A DNA stretch of 32,673 bases from an uncultured Muribaculaceae bacterium (GTDB lineage Bacteria > Bacillota_I > Bacilli_A > RF39 > UBA660): assembly GCA_964423215.1 (NCBI GenBank), contig CAYRDW010000002.1, positions 1 through 32,673 of the forward strand. Reading direction: 5' to 3'. The notes under the pieces are model-generated. The model saw nothing but the letters and a program-made list of their open reading frames with translations. It did not search any database and was not told the DNA's origin. The translations under genes and the position numbers were made by a program. Positions 17,251-25,103 of the stretch are shown piece after piece. Within the stretch, counting starts at the first letter, position 1, and each line of letters begins with the position of its first letter.

Positions 17251-18402
17251 ATGAAAAAGATATTATTGTTTCTTTGTATAGGATTATTATTTGTTCCTGG
17301 AATGGTTCGTGCAGAGGAAACACTAGCTACTGGTGCTAAGAGTGCTATTTTGGTAGAGGCCAATACAGGAACTGTTATTTTTGAAAAAAACATGAATGAA
17401 AGGGTAGCGGTTGCTTCTTTAACTAAGATGGTAGCTCAATTAATTATACTAGAAAATATAGAAAATGGAAGTCTAAAATGGGATGAACAGGTAAAAGCCA
17501 GTAGTAATGCCGCAGGTTATGGAGGAACTCAGATTTACTTACAACCGGGAGAATTGATGACAGTTAAGGATTTAATGAAAGGTGTAAGTATGGCTAGTGC
17601 TAATGATGCGACAGTTGCACTTGCGGAGAGAATTGCGGGAACTGAGGAAAATTTTGTTAAACTTATGATGGCTAAAGTCAAAGAATTAGGTTTAAAGGAT
17701 ACTAACTTTGTTAATCCAACAGGACTTGATGAAGATAATCATTATTCTACAGCTCATGACTTAAGTGTTATAGCTAGAGAATTAGTTAAACATGAACAGA
17801 TATTTGAATTTTCTTCTTTATATGAGGATTATTTAAGAGTTGATACTCCAAATAAGTTTTGGCTAGTTAATACTAATAAGCTAGTACGCTTCTATGAAGG
17901 CTCTGATGGCCTGAAAACAGGTTTTACAGATGCAGCTAAGTATTGCATGGCAGTAACTGCTAAACGTGATGGTATGAGGTTATTAGCAATAGTTTTAGGT
18001 GAAGATGTTAGTAAAGTTAGAAATGCTGAAACAACGGCTTTACTTGATTATGGATTTAATCTTTATAAAGTTAATGTTCTAAAACCAAAGGGAGCAGTTA
18101 TTGATAAAATAAAAGTAAGTAAAGGTAATGTCGGAGAAGTAGAAATAATTACGGCTGATGAAATAAGCGTTCTTAGTAAAAAGACGGATACTGATAAAAA
18201 ATATACAGAAAAAATAAAACTAGATGAAATTAAACTTCCTATTAAAAAGAATGCAGTAGTTGGTAAATTAACTGTTAGTGATGGTGCTAATGTAGTTGGT
18301 GAATATGATTTAATAGTTAATAATGATGTGAAAAAGAAAAATATAATTAATTTATATTTTGATAATCTTAAAGATATGATTATAGGACGTATTGACTTTT
18401 AA
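17251..18402 (+). CDS. dacF: Serine-type D-Ala-D-Ala carboxypeptidase (PBP5/DacF-like, peptidase S11)
   Basis: Signal peptide, SLTKM (SxxK), SANDA (SxN), KTGFT (KTG) and a PBP5 C-terminal domain. Its position upstream of the spoIIA locus mirrors B. subtilis dacF. The symbol rests on synteny only. Confidence 0.85.
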   Translation: MKKILLFLCIGLLFVPGMVRAEETLATGAKSAILVEANTGTVIFEKNMNERVAVASLTKMVAQLIILENIENGSLKWDEQVKASSNAAGYGGTQIYLQPGELMTVKDLMKGVSMASANDATVALAERIAGTEENFVKLMMAKVKELGLKDTNFVNPTGLDEDNHYSTAHDLSVIARELVKHEQIFEFSSLYEDYLRVDTPNKFWLVNTNKLVRFYEGSDGLKTGFTDAAKYCMAVTAKRDGMRLLAIVLGEDVSKVRNAETTALLDYGFNLYKVNVLKPKGAVIDKIKVSKGNVGEVEIITADEISVLSKKTDTDKKYTEKIKLDEIKLPIKKNAVVGKLTVSDGANVVGEYDLIVNNDVKKKNIINLYFDNLKDMIIGRIDF

Positions 18403-18461
18403 TTTAGATGAAAAAGAAAAGATAGTCCTATTAGCTTTAGAACTCGCACATAAGATTGAAG

Positions 18462-18490
18462 AACTTAACTAATTAATGGTTAAGTTTTTT
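18462..18490 (+). terminator. Rho-independent terminator
   Basis: 8-bp stem AACTTAAC/GTTAAGTT, 9-nt loop, T-run. Confidence 0.55.
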
Positions 18491-18611
18491 AATTGTTACT
18501 ATATAACTTAATTAATTCTAAGTTAGTAAATATATGTAAAATTTTATTTATCGAAACTTGTCTTTTTATGTATTTAATGTTATTTTAGTATTATAGGATA
18601 GGAGTAAATAT

Positions 18612-19049
18612 ATGGAGGTTGTTTTTAGAAAAGCACAAAGGGAAGACGTAAAGGGAATTATTGAATTATGTAATAATTGTTTTGATGAATCTACAAGTGT
18701 TAAATACGCTTTAGAAGTATTTGATAAAACAGCTAATGATCCTAATCAAATTTATCTAGTTGGTTTGGATAAAGACGAAATCATTGCTCATATGAAGATT
18801 ACTATAATTCAAACAATGTATAAACCAATGGCTACTTATGCAATACTTAATCACGTTTGTGTTAAACTAGAATATCGTAGACATAATATAGCTACTAAAA
18901 TGTTAGACGAGGGGACTATTATTTGTTCGGATATGGGATGTAATAAAATAGAATTATGGTCTAATAATTCAAGACAACCTGCTCATGCATGTTATAAGAA
19001 CTATGGTTTTGTAGTTAACGATGCTGGGTTCTTTTCAAAAGATATTTAA
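18612..19049 (+). CDS. GNAT-family N-acetyltransferase
   Basis: 145 aa. Acetyl-CoA-binding-like segment HVCVKLEYRRHNIATKML and C-terminal YKNYGF. Confidence 0.8.
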   Translation: MEVVFRKAQREDVKGIIELCNNCFDESTSVKYALEVFDKTANDPNQIYLVGLDKDEIIAHMKITIIQTMYKPMATYAILNHVCVKLEYRRHNIATKMLDEGTIICSDMGCNKIELWSNNSRQPAHACYKNYGFVVNDAGFFSKDI

Positions 19050-19064
19050 GGAAGGGGTATAGTT

Positions 19065-20246
19065 ATGAAGATTGAAAAGGTATCAGTTGGTGGTTGGTTT
19101 CAAAGAACTACTTTACATCTAAGTGAAATATATGATTTTTTAAGGGAAGGCGTTTCTAGATTAGATTTGGATAATAAAAAACTATTCAAATATCATAAAA
19201 AATTAGAACTTAAAGATGTTACTTATGAAATTGATGGTTTAGAATATTTAAATGTTACGACAAATGAAGATGTTTATATAAAAATTTTTGAAGATGGTTT
19301 AATTGTATTAAGTTATCATAACAGTGATGAAAATACGCTATTTGATGATATAGATCATATAGCTAAATATTATGAAGATAAGCTATCTCCAGCATTAAGT
19401 TATTTATTTAGCTTAGGGGCACCAGTTCCTAAAGAATTAGCGAATATTCAAACTGTTTATCCATACTTTATTGTTTTAGATAATGAAGCTAAAGATAAGA
19501 TCCATGAGTTATTAGCTAGAATAGAAAAAGAAAAGTACTTTGAATTTAATAATAATAGTTATGATGTTTTAAGAGGAGATAAATATTATTTTATTAATAA
19601 TAAGAATCAAACTCCACATGAAGTAGATAGATATATTGAAGAACAGATTTTTATTCGTGAATTTAAAGGACAATTACATAGATATTTGAATCTTCATCGT
19701 ATTATTTGGGAAAAGATAGATGCAGTTAAGGAAAATGTAAAAGTTAAAGGTAAAGATATTATTAATTTTACTTCTAAAATAGAGGGTTATGCTAAAACTG
19801 TTAACTTAATTGATGCTAGAATATTTCAAATGTCATCGTATTTAAAAACAAGAGAAAAAATAGCTAAGGCAGATGAGAAATTAAAGGAAGCTTTGGATTT
19901 AATTGGATATAGATATGAAAATTTATCTAATACGCTTTCTTATATACAACAGTTATGGAAGATGACTCAGAATTATGTTAAATCAGCACAAAACTTATTT
20001 AGTGGTCTACAAGCAGAAATTACTTCTAAATCAGTTAACAACTTAACGATTGTTACATCGATGGGAGTAGGTGCTTCACTAATTGGACTATTTACTGATT
20101 CTGCTCCGACGTTTACGGCTTTTGGAGTAACATATTTCTTTGCTTTAGCAGTAGTTGGTTATACTGTTAATAAACTAATGAAAATAATATCAGAGAATAG
20201 AAAATATCAAATATCTGATATTGAATATGATAAGAACATAAATTAA
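19065..20246 (+). CDS. Hypothetical protein: soluble N-terminal domain, coiled coil and a C-terminal two-helix membrane hairpin
   Basis: 393-aa ORF with RBS GGAAGGGG. Two predicted C-terminal TM helices (LTIVTSMGVGASLIGLF, FGVTYFFALAVVGYTV). Overall shape recalls DUF155/RMD1- or CorA-like proteins, but there is no GMN motif. Family not recognised with confidence. Confidence 0.65.
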   Translation: MKIEKVSVGGWFQRTTLHLSEIYDFLREGVSRLDLDNKKLFKYHKKLELKDVTYEIDGLEYLNVTTNEDVYIKIFEDGLIVLSYHNSDENTLFDDIDHIAKYYEDKLSPALSYLFSLGAPVPKELANIQTVYPYFIVLDNEAKDKIHELLARIEKEKYFEFNNNSYDVLRGDKYYFINNKNQTPHEVDRYIEEQIFIREFKGQLHRYLNLHRIIWEKIDAVKENVKVKGKDIINFTSKIEGYAKTVNLIDARIFQMSSYLKTREKIAKADEKLKEALDLIGYRYENLSNTLSYIQQLWKMTQNYVKSAQNLFSGLQAEITSKSVNNLTIVTSMGVGASLIGLFTDSAPTFTAFGVTYFFALAVVGYTVNKLMKIISENRKYQISDIEYDKNIN

Positions 20247-20260
20247 TAAATATTTATATT

Positions 20261-20288
20261 AAGAAAAGGATTTCCTTTTCTTTTTTTA
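20261..20288 (+). terminator. Rho-independent terminator
   Basis: 8-bp stem AGAAAAGG/CCTTTTCT, 4-nt loop, 7-T run. Confidence 0.65.
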
Positions 20289-20308
20289 TGGGAAGTTTTG
20301 ATATGTTT

Positions 20309-20315
20309 TGTCGAA
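20309..20315 (+). promoter_or_regulatory. Spo0A box (TGTCGAA) upstream of spoIIAA
   Basis: Exact match to the 0A-box consensus TGNCGAA, 60 nt upstream of the spoIIAA ATG. The B. subtilis spoIIA promoter is Spo0A-activated. Confidence 0.35.
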
Positions 20316-20374
20316 AGTGTATAAAGTATAAGAAAAATGGACTATATTTAATATACGAAAATAAGAGGTGAAAT

Positions 20375-20725
20375 ATGTTTCAAATTAATATGGAGTTTAT
20401 TAGAGGAATGTTGTTTGTTCGCTTAGAGGGAATTCTTAGTAAAAGAACTTCTAAAGAGCTTAATCTAGTATTAGATAAGATGATTCATGAACAAGGAGTA
20501 CGTTATTTTGTAATCAATTTAGAGAATTTGAAGTATATTGATGAGGTCGGAATACAAAGTATTATTAATCACTATTTTGATGTAGTGATGCATGAGGGTA
20601 AATTAGTGGTTTGTGGATATGATTCGCATATTAAAAAACAAGTTAAGAAAGATTTGGATATAGCTTTTCAGAATATTGAAAATAGTAGTAATGAATTAGG
20701 TGCTTTTAGGTTAATAAATATATAA
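20375..20725 (+). CDS. spoIIAA: Anti-sigma-F factor antagonist SpoIIAA (STAS domain) with Glu at the phospho-serine position
   Basis: 116 aa. Aligns without gaps to B. subtilis SpoIIAA through the core (VRLEGIL..., INLENLKYIDEVGIQSIINHY, GKLVVCG). Lies immediately upstream of sigF. Confidence 0.85.
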   Translation: MFQINMEFIRGMLFVRLEGILSKRTSKELNLVLDKMIHEQGVRYFVINLENLKYIDEVGIQSIINHYFDVVMHEGKLVVCGYDSHIKKQVKKDLDIAFQNIENSSNELGAFRLINI

Positions 20726-20736
20726 AGGGTGAAAAC

Positions 20737-21396
20737 ATGGCAGATGAAATCTTGAAGTATGAAAACTTGGTGTTATCTTATGCTAGTAAATTTCGTTATT
20801 ATTATGATATGGAAGATTTAAAACAAGTAGGAATGATAGGTTTAAAGAAAGCTTATGAAAAATATATTCCTAACAGTCAAACTACTTTTTCAACATATGC
20901 TTTTTTATGGATAAAGGGTGAGATACTTAAATATATTCAGGAAGATAAAACAATTAAAGTTAGTCGGGACTTAGTTAAACTTAGTCAATCGATAGAGGAA
21001 ATGCGTAATGTATTAAGACATAAGTTAATGAGGGAACCATCATTAGAAGAAATTGCTTTATTTTCGGAAATAGATATTTCTTTAATTGAAGAAGCAGAGT
21101 TATCTAAGGAATTTGTAAGAAGTTTAGATTATACTTTAAATGAAGATGATGAAGGTAAAGAACTTAATATGTATGATATGGTTTCTTACCAAGAAAAAGG
21201 ATACGATAGTGAAGTATTAGATTTAAGAGATGCTATTGAGAGATTAGATGAGAATGAACAGAAGATAGTTCAGTTTCGTTATTTTGATGATATGACTCAA
21301 AGTGAGACAGCTAGAAGACTAGGAGTTAATCAAGTTAAAATCTCTAGAGCGGAGCCCAAAATACTTCAAAAATTAAAAAAAGATTTAGTTGCTTAA
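20737..21396 (+). CDS. sigF: Sporulation sigma factor, SigF by synteny
   Basis: Sigma-70 regions 2 (DLKQVGMIGLKKAYEKY, FSTYAFLWIKGEI), 3 and 4 (QSETARRLGVNQVKISR). Sits between spoIIAA and spoVAC as in Bacilli and Clostridia. Confidence 0.85.
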   Translation: MADEILKYENLVLSYASKFRYYYDMEDLKQVGMIGLKKAYEKYIPNSQTTFSTYAFLWIKGEILKYIQEDKTIKVSRDLVKLSQSIEEMRNVLRHKLMREPSLEEIALFSEIDISLIEEAELSKEFVRSLDYTLNEDDEGKELNMYDMVSYQEKGYDSEVLDLRDAIERLDENEQKIVQFRYFDDMTQSETARRLGVNQVKISRAEPKILQKLKKDLVA

Positions 21397-21424
21397 AAAG
21401 ATATTATTGAAATATCTTTTTTTG
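21396..21424 (+). terminator. Rho-independent terminator after sigF
   Basis: Perfect 9-bp stem AAAGATATT/AATATCTTT, 5-nt loop, T-run. Confidence 0.7.
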
Positions 21425-21453
21425 TATTAAATTAGGAAGAAGTTTCCATAATA
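21424..21453 (+). promoter_or_regulatory. Forespore (SigG/SigF-type) promoter candidate, GTATT-N18-CATAATA
   Basis: Compared with the SigG consensus GHATR-18-CATXHTA, the -10 matches fully and the -35 matches 4 of 5. The leader to the spoVAC start would be very short, which lowers confidence. Confidence 0.25.
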
Positions 21454-21469
21454 GTAATGGGTGAAGAGG

Positions 21470-21910
21470 ATGGAAAAGAATAAATATAAAGAATTAGTAA
21501 ACAAACATAAGCCAGCTGAGACGAGAGCGCAGAATGCTTTTATAGCTTTTGTAACTGGTGGTTTAATAGGAGTAATTGGACAGCTGTTAACAGAGTTTTA
21601 TGCAAACTTTTTTGAGATTTCAAGTAAAGATGCATCTAGCTTTATGTTAGTAACACTTATTTTTTTAGCTAGTTTATTTACGGCTTTAGGCTTCTTTGAT
21701 AAGTGGGTTAACTTCTGTAAATGTGGTTTAATTATTCCTATTACAGGATTTGCTCATTCAATGACTAGTGCGGGAATTGAGTATCGAAGGGAAGGACCTA
21801 TCTTTGGTTTAGGAAGTAATATCTTTAAGTTAGCAGGATCAGTTATATTATATGGGATTGTATCAGCTTGGTTTTTTGGATTATTAAGACTGATAATTAT
21901 GGGAGGTTAA
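21470..21910 (+). CDS. spoVAC: Stage V sporulation protein AC
   Basis: The pattern ...NAFIAFVTGGLIGVIGQ... with four TM segments is typical of SpoVAC. ATG 21470 is preferred to GTG 21461. Confidence 0.9.
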   Translation: MEKNKYKELVNKHKPAETRAQNAFIAFVTGGLIGVIGQLLTEFYANFFEISSKDASSFMLVTLIFLASLFTALGFFDKWVNFCKCGLIIPITGFAHSMTSAGIEYRREGPIFGLGSNIFKLAGSVILYGIVSAWFFGLLRLIIMGG

Positions 21911-21913
21911 AAG

Positions 21914-22909
21914 ATGACATTTCGTTATAATAATGTGTTTGTAGAAGATGCATCTACGGTTGCGGGTCCATATGAAGCTAAAGGGCCTTTGAAAAAATAC
22001 TTTGATAAAACATTTGAAAATTTATATAATGGTGAGAAAACTTGGGAGACAGCAGAAGCTAAAAGTTTAGAAGAAAGTATCAAGATATTACTAGATAAAA
22101 CTAAAAAGAAAAAAGAAGATATTGACGTTATTATTTCTGGTGATTTACTTAATCAAATTACTTCTTCGTGTTATTCATCAGAAAAGTTTGGTTTTCCTTT
22201 CTTAGGTATTTATAGTGCTTGTGCAACTAGTGCTGAAGGTATTATTTTAGGTAGTACATTGATCGATTCAGGTAAAATTGATAATGCAATAGCAGCTACA
22301 TCATCACATAATATGAGTAGTGAAAAACAATTTCGTAATCCAACTGAGTATGGAGCATCGAAACCTAAAACAGCTACCTTTACAGCTACCGGTGGAGCTA
22401 GTATTTTATTAAGTAATAGAAATACTGGTATTAAAGTGGAAAGTTCAACGATTGGGAAAATTCTTGATTATGAACAAAATGATCCTTATCATATGGGAGC
22501 AGCAATGGCTCCGGCGGCGGCGGATACTATTCATAAACATCTAACGGATATGAATCGTAAACCTGATTATTATGATTTAATACTAACTGGTGATTTAGGT
22601 CTTTATGGAAAAGAAATCTTAATTGATTTTATGAAAACTGAATATGGAATAGATATAAGTAAGAATTATAATGACTGTGGTGTTATGTTATATGATTTAG
22701 AAAAACAAAAAGATGTTAATGCTGGTGGAAGTGGAACAGTATGTAGTGCTTTAGTTAGTTATAGTGTAATTTTAGATTTATTAAAAAAGAAGAAATTAAA
22801 AAAAGTATTATTAGTTGCGACAGGTGCTTTATTTTCTCCAACAATGGTATATCAACATGAAAATATTTTAAGTATCGCTCATGCTGTTAGTTTGGAGGTA
22901 ATAAAATGA
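21914..22909 (+). CDS. spoVAD: Stage V sporulation protein AD (thiolase-like fold)
   Basis: 331 aa; VAGPYEAKGPL and GIYSACATS are SpoVAD hallmarks. RBS GGGAGG. Confidence 0.92.
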   Translation: MTFRYNNVFVEDASTVAGPYEAKGPLKKYFDKTFENLYNGEKTWETAEAKSLEESIKILLDKTKKKKEDIDVIISGDLLNQITSSCYSSEKFGFPFLGIYSACATSAEGIILGSTLIDSGKIDNAIAATSSHNMSSEKQFRNPTEYGASKPKTATFTATGGASILLSNRNTGIKVESSTIGKILDYEQNDPYHMGAAMAPAAADTIHKHLTDMNRKPDYYDLILTGDLGLYGKEILIDFMKTEYGIDISKNYNDCGVMLYDLEKQKDVNAGGSGTVCSALVSYSVILDLLKKKKLKKVLLVATGALFSPTMVYQHENILSIAHAVSLEVIK

Positions 22910-23256
22910 TATATGTTAGTTCATTTCTATTTTGTGGATTTATTTGTTTATTAGGACAACTTATTTTAGATAATACAAAATTAACGCCAGGGCATGTAAC
23001 TAGTATTTTTGTAGTAGTTGGTGCTTTTCTAGATACATTTAGTATTTATGATCAGATTATCAACTATGTAGGAGCCGGTGCTTTAGTACCAATTACTAGT
23101 TTCGGACATTCACTTATTCATGGAGCTTTAACAAAGGCGGCTGATATGGGAATCATGGGTTTACTAATGGGAATGTTTGATTTGACAGCTTCTGGTATTA
23201 CAGCGGCTATAGTATTCACATTTATATTTTCTTTATTTTTTAAAGCAAAAGACTAG
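22906..23256 (+). CDS. spoVAE: Stage V sporulation protein AE (SpoVAEB-type)
   Basis: 116-aa membrane protein with ATGA overlap to spoVAD. Motif GAGALVPITSFGHSL is paralogous to the SpoVAC ITGFAHSM segment. Confidence 0.9.
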   Translation: MIYVSSFLFCGFICLLGQLILDNTKLTPGHVTSIFVVVGAFLDTFSIYDQIINYVGAGALVPITSFGHSLIHGALTKAADMGIMGLLMGMFDLTASGITAAIVFTFIFSLFFKAKD

Positions 23257-23279
23257 AATACAACTTCTAGTTTTTTTTT
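23253..23279 (+). terminator. Rho-independent terminator of the spoVA operon
   Basis: CTAGAA/TTCTAG stem followed by 9 T. Confidence 0.65.
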
Positions 23280-23292
23280 GTTTCTATAATAA

Positions 23293-23316
23293 TTTAGTTT
23301 AGTTTAGTTTAGTTAG
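23293..23316. repeat. Pentanucleotide tandem repeat (TTTAG)x4 plus TTAG
   Basis: Read directly from the sequence. It overlaps the last codons and the stop of the minus-strand RNHCP gene (ELTKLN*). Confidence 0.85.
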
Positions 23317-23601
23317 TTCAATAATAAGATCCATATTATCGTCTCTAGCGATAATGTTTTTATGATTTTGGTGGCATTTTTCACAGCGATAGATAATTTT
23401 GAAAGAATCTTTGAATTTTTCAATACCTATTGGTTTTAGTAAACCATGACAGTTATTATCTCTATCTCCAGGAAAAATATCAACATGCTTAGAATATAAA
23501 CAATGGGGACAGTGATCACGAGCGGTGTAATTTAATTTAAAAACGCTTTCATTACAATTTTCACAGATAAAATTTTCATCTTTCATAGTAAACTTTTTCA
23601 T
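23299..23601 (-). CDS. RNHCP-domain zinc-ribbon protein
   Basis: CENC...RDHCPHCLYSKHVD...CHGLL...CEKC matches the RNHCP-domain pattern (RNHCPxCLxSxHVD). RBS AAGGAAG. Confidence 0.8.
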   Translation of the reverse strand: MKKFTMKDENFICENCNESVFKLNYTARDHCPHCLYSKHVDIFPGDRDNNCHGLLKPIGIEKFKDSFKIIYRCEKCHQNHKNIIARDDNMDLIIELTKLN

Positions 23602-23713
23602 AATCTTCTTCCTTTTGAGTAATAATTTTCTATAACTGATTATATCATGGTCTTTATTTTATTAAAAGTCAGGTAACAGGTTTTGAAAAAACTATCCGTA
23701 AGAGCTGAAAATA

Positions 23714-23722
23714 TGTTATAAT
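23714..23722 (+). promoter_or_regulatory. Extended -10 element (TGtTATAAT) for scpAB
   Basis: TGTTATAAT at 23714-23722, about 24 nt upstream of the scpA ATG. Confidence 0.4.
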
Positions 23723-23745
23723 TAGTCTATAAAATGGAGGAGTAC

Positions 23746-24462
23746 ATGGAATACGAAGTTAAAATAGATATTTTTGAAGGACCACTTGATTTACTCCTTC
23801 ATCTGATAAAAGAGTCTAGGGTTGATATCTGGGATATTAAGATTGTAGATATTACTAGTCAATATCTTAATTATATTCAAGCTATGGAAACTCTTAACTT
23901 AAATGTCGCTAGTGAATATTTAGTAATGGCTAGTGAACTTATAGAAATGAAATCTAAGATGTTACTTCCTAGATATCAAGATGAGAATGAAACGGAAGAA
24001 GAAGATCCACGTGAAGTGTTAATTCAAAGACTAATAGAATATCAAAAATATAAAGATATGACTAAGGATTTTAAGGAATTGGAGTCGTTAAGACAGGAAT
24101 TTTATACAAAAGCACCTGAGAGTTTAAAAGAATATGTTGAGCCTGGGGCTATCATTAGCAATGATGTTTCTTTAGATGATTTGATGAAGGCTTTTCAAAA
24201 ATTTTTAGAGAGGAAAAAAGCTTCTGAACCTTTATCAACAACTGTGACTAAAAAGGAAATTACTGTTGAAGAAAGAAGAAAGAGTATTAGAAGTATACTA
24301 AAACAAAAGGGAAAAGTAGACTTTTTTGAATTATTTGAAGAAGTAACAAATGAATATATTGTGGTTACATTTTTAGCGATATTAGAAATGGCTCGTAAAA
24401 ATGAATTATCGATTTGTCAGGAACGTGATTTTGATAAAATAACAATTGAGGTGGTATCATGA
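23746..24462 (+). CDS. scpA: Segregation and condensation protein A (kleisin)
   Basis: FEGPLDLLLHLI, ITSQYL.YI and VVTFLAILEM motifs. ATG 23746 follows RBS GGAGGAG. Confidence 0.92.
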   Translation: MEYEVKIDIFEGPLDLLLHLIKESRVDIWDIKIVDITSQYLNYIQAMETLNLNVASEYLVMASELIEMKSKMLLPRYQDENETEEEDPREVLIQRLIEYQKYKDMTKDFKELESLRQEFYTKAPESLKEYVEPGAIISNDVSLDDLMKAFQKFLERKKASEPLSTTVTKKEITVEERRKSIRSILKQKGKVDFFELFEEVTNEYIVVTFLAILEMARKNELSICQERDFDKITIEVVS

Positions 24463-25049
24463 AATTAGAAGCAGTAGCCGAAGGGTTATTATTTGTGGTT
24501 GGTGAAGAAGGATTAACACTTAATCAATTAATGGATATTTTAGGTGTTAGTATGGAAGAAGTAAAGACTGTTTTAGGAAATTTAAAAGAGAAATATGAAT
24601 CTGAAGATAGTGGAATTCGTATTAATTTTCTAGGAAATACTTTTAAACTTACTACTAAGAAGGAACATAAGGAGTATTTTCAAAGATTACTTGAAAATCC
24701 TGAAAGCAATGTATTGACACAAGCAGCATTAGAAACATTAGCTATAATTGCTTATAATGAATCTATTACTAGAGTTGAAGTTGATGAAATACGTGGGGTT
24801 AGTAGTAGTCAAATGATTCGTAAATTAGTGGCTAAAGGGTTTGTAAAAGAAATTGGGAGAAGTGAGGCAGTTGGCAGACCTATTTTATATAAAGTAACTA
24901 GTGAGTTTTTAGATTATTTTGGACTTTCAACAATCGATGATCTGCCTAAATTTGAAGAATTTGTTGGTAATGATGAGGAAGACAAGGAAACAGATTTATA
25001 TCATTCTAAGTATGTAGAAGTGGCAGAAGAAGATATTGAAGAACTTTAA
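24459..25049 (+). CDS. scpB: Segregation and condensation protein B
   Basis: EGLLFVVGEEGL, LSQAALETLAIIAY-type and GRPILY motifs. ATGA overlap with scpA. Confidence 0.92.
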   Translation: MKLEAVAEGLLFVVGEEGLTLNQLMDILGVSMEEVKTVLGNLKEKYESEDSGIRINFLGNTFKLTTKKEHKEYFQRLLENPESNVLTQAALETLAIIAYNESITRVEVDEIRGVSSSQMIRKLVAKGFVKEIGRSEAVGRPILYKVTSEFLDYFGLSTIDDLPKFEEFVGNDEEDKETDLYHSKYVEVAEEDIEEL

Positions 25050-25103
25050 TTTACTTTTTTATAATAATGTGATATATTTTGATTAGAATAATAGGAGGTT
25101 ATT

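Noticed and set aside
18515-18545. dif-like sequence (ATATATGTAAAA) near scpAB/dac genes
   Set aside because: It matches only the central/right-arm fragment of the Firmicute dif consensus and the left arm does not match. This is AT-rich chance similarity.
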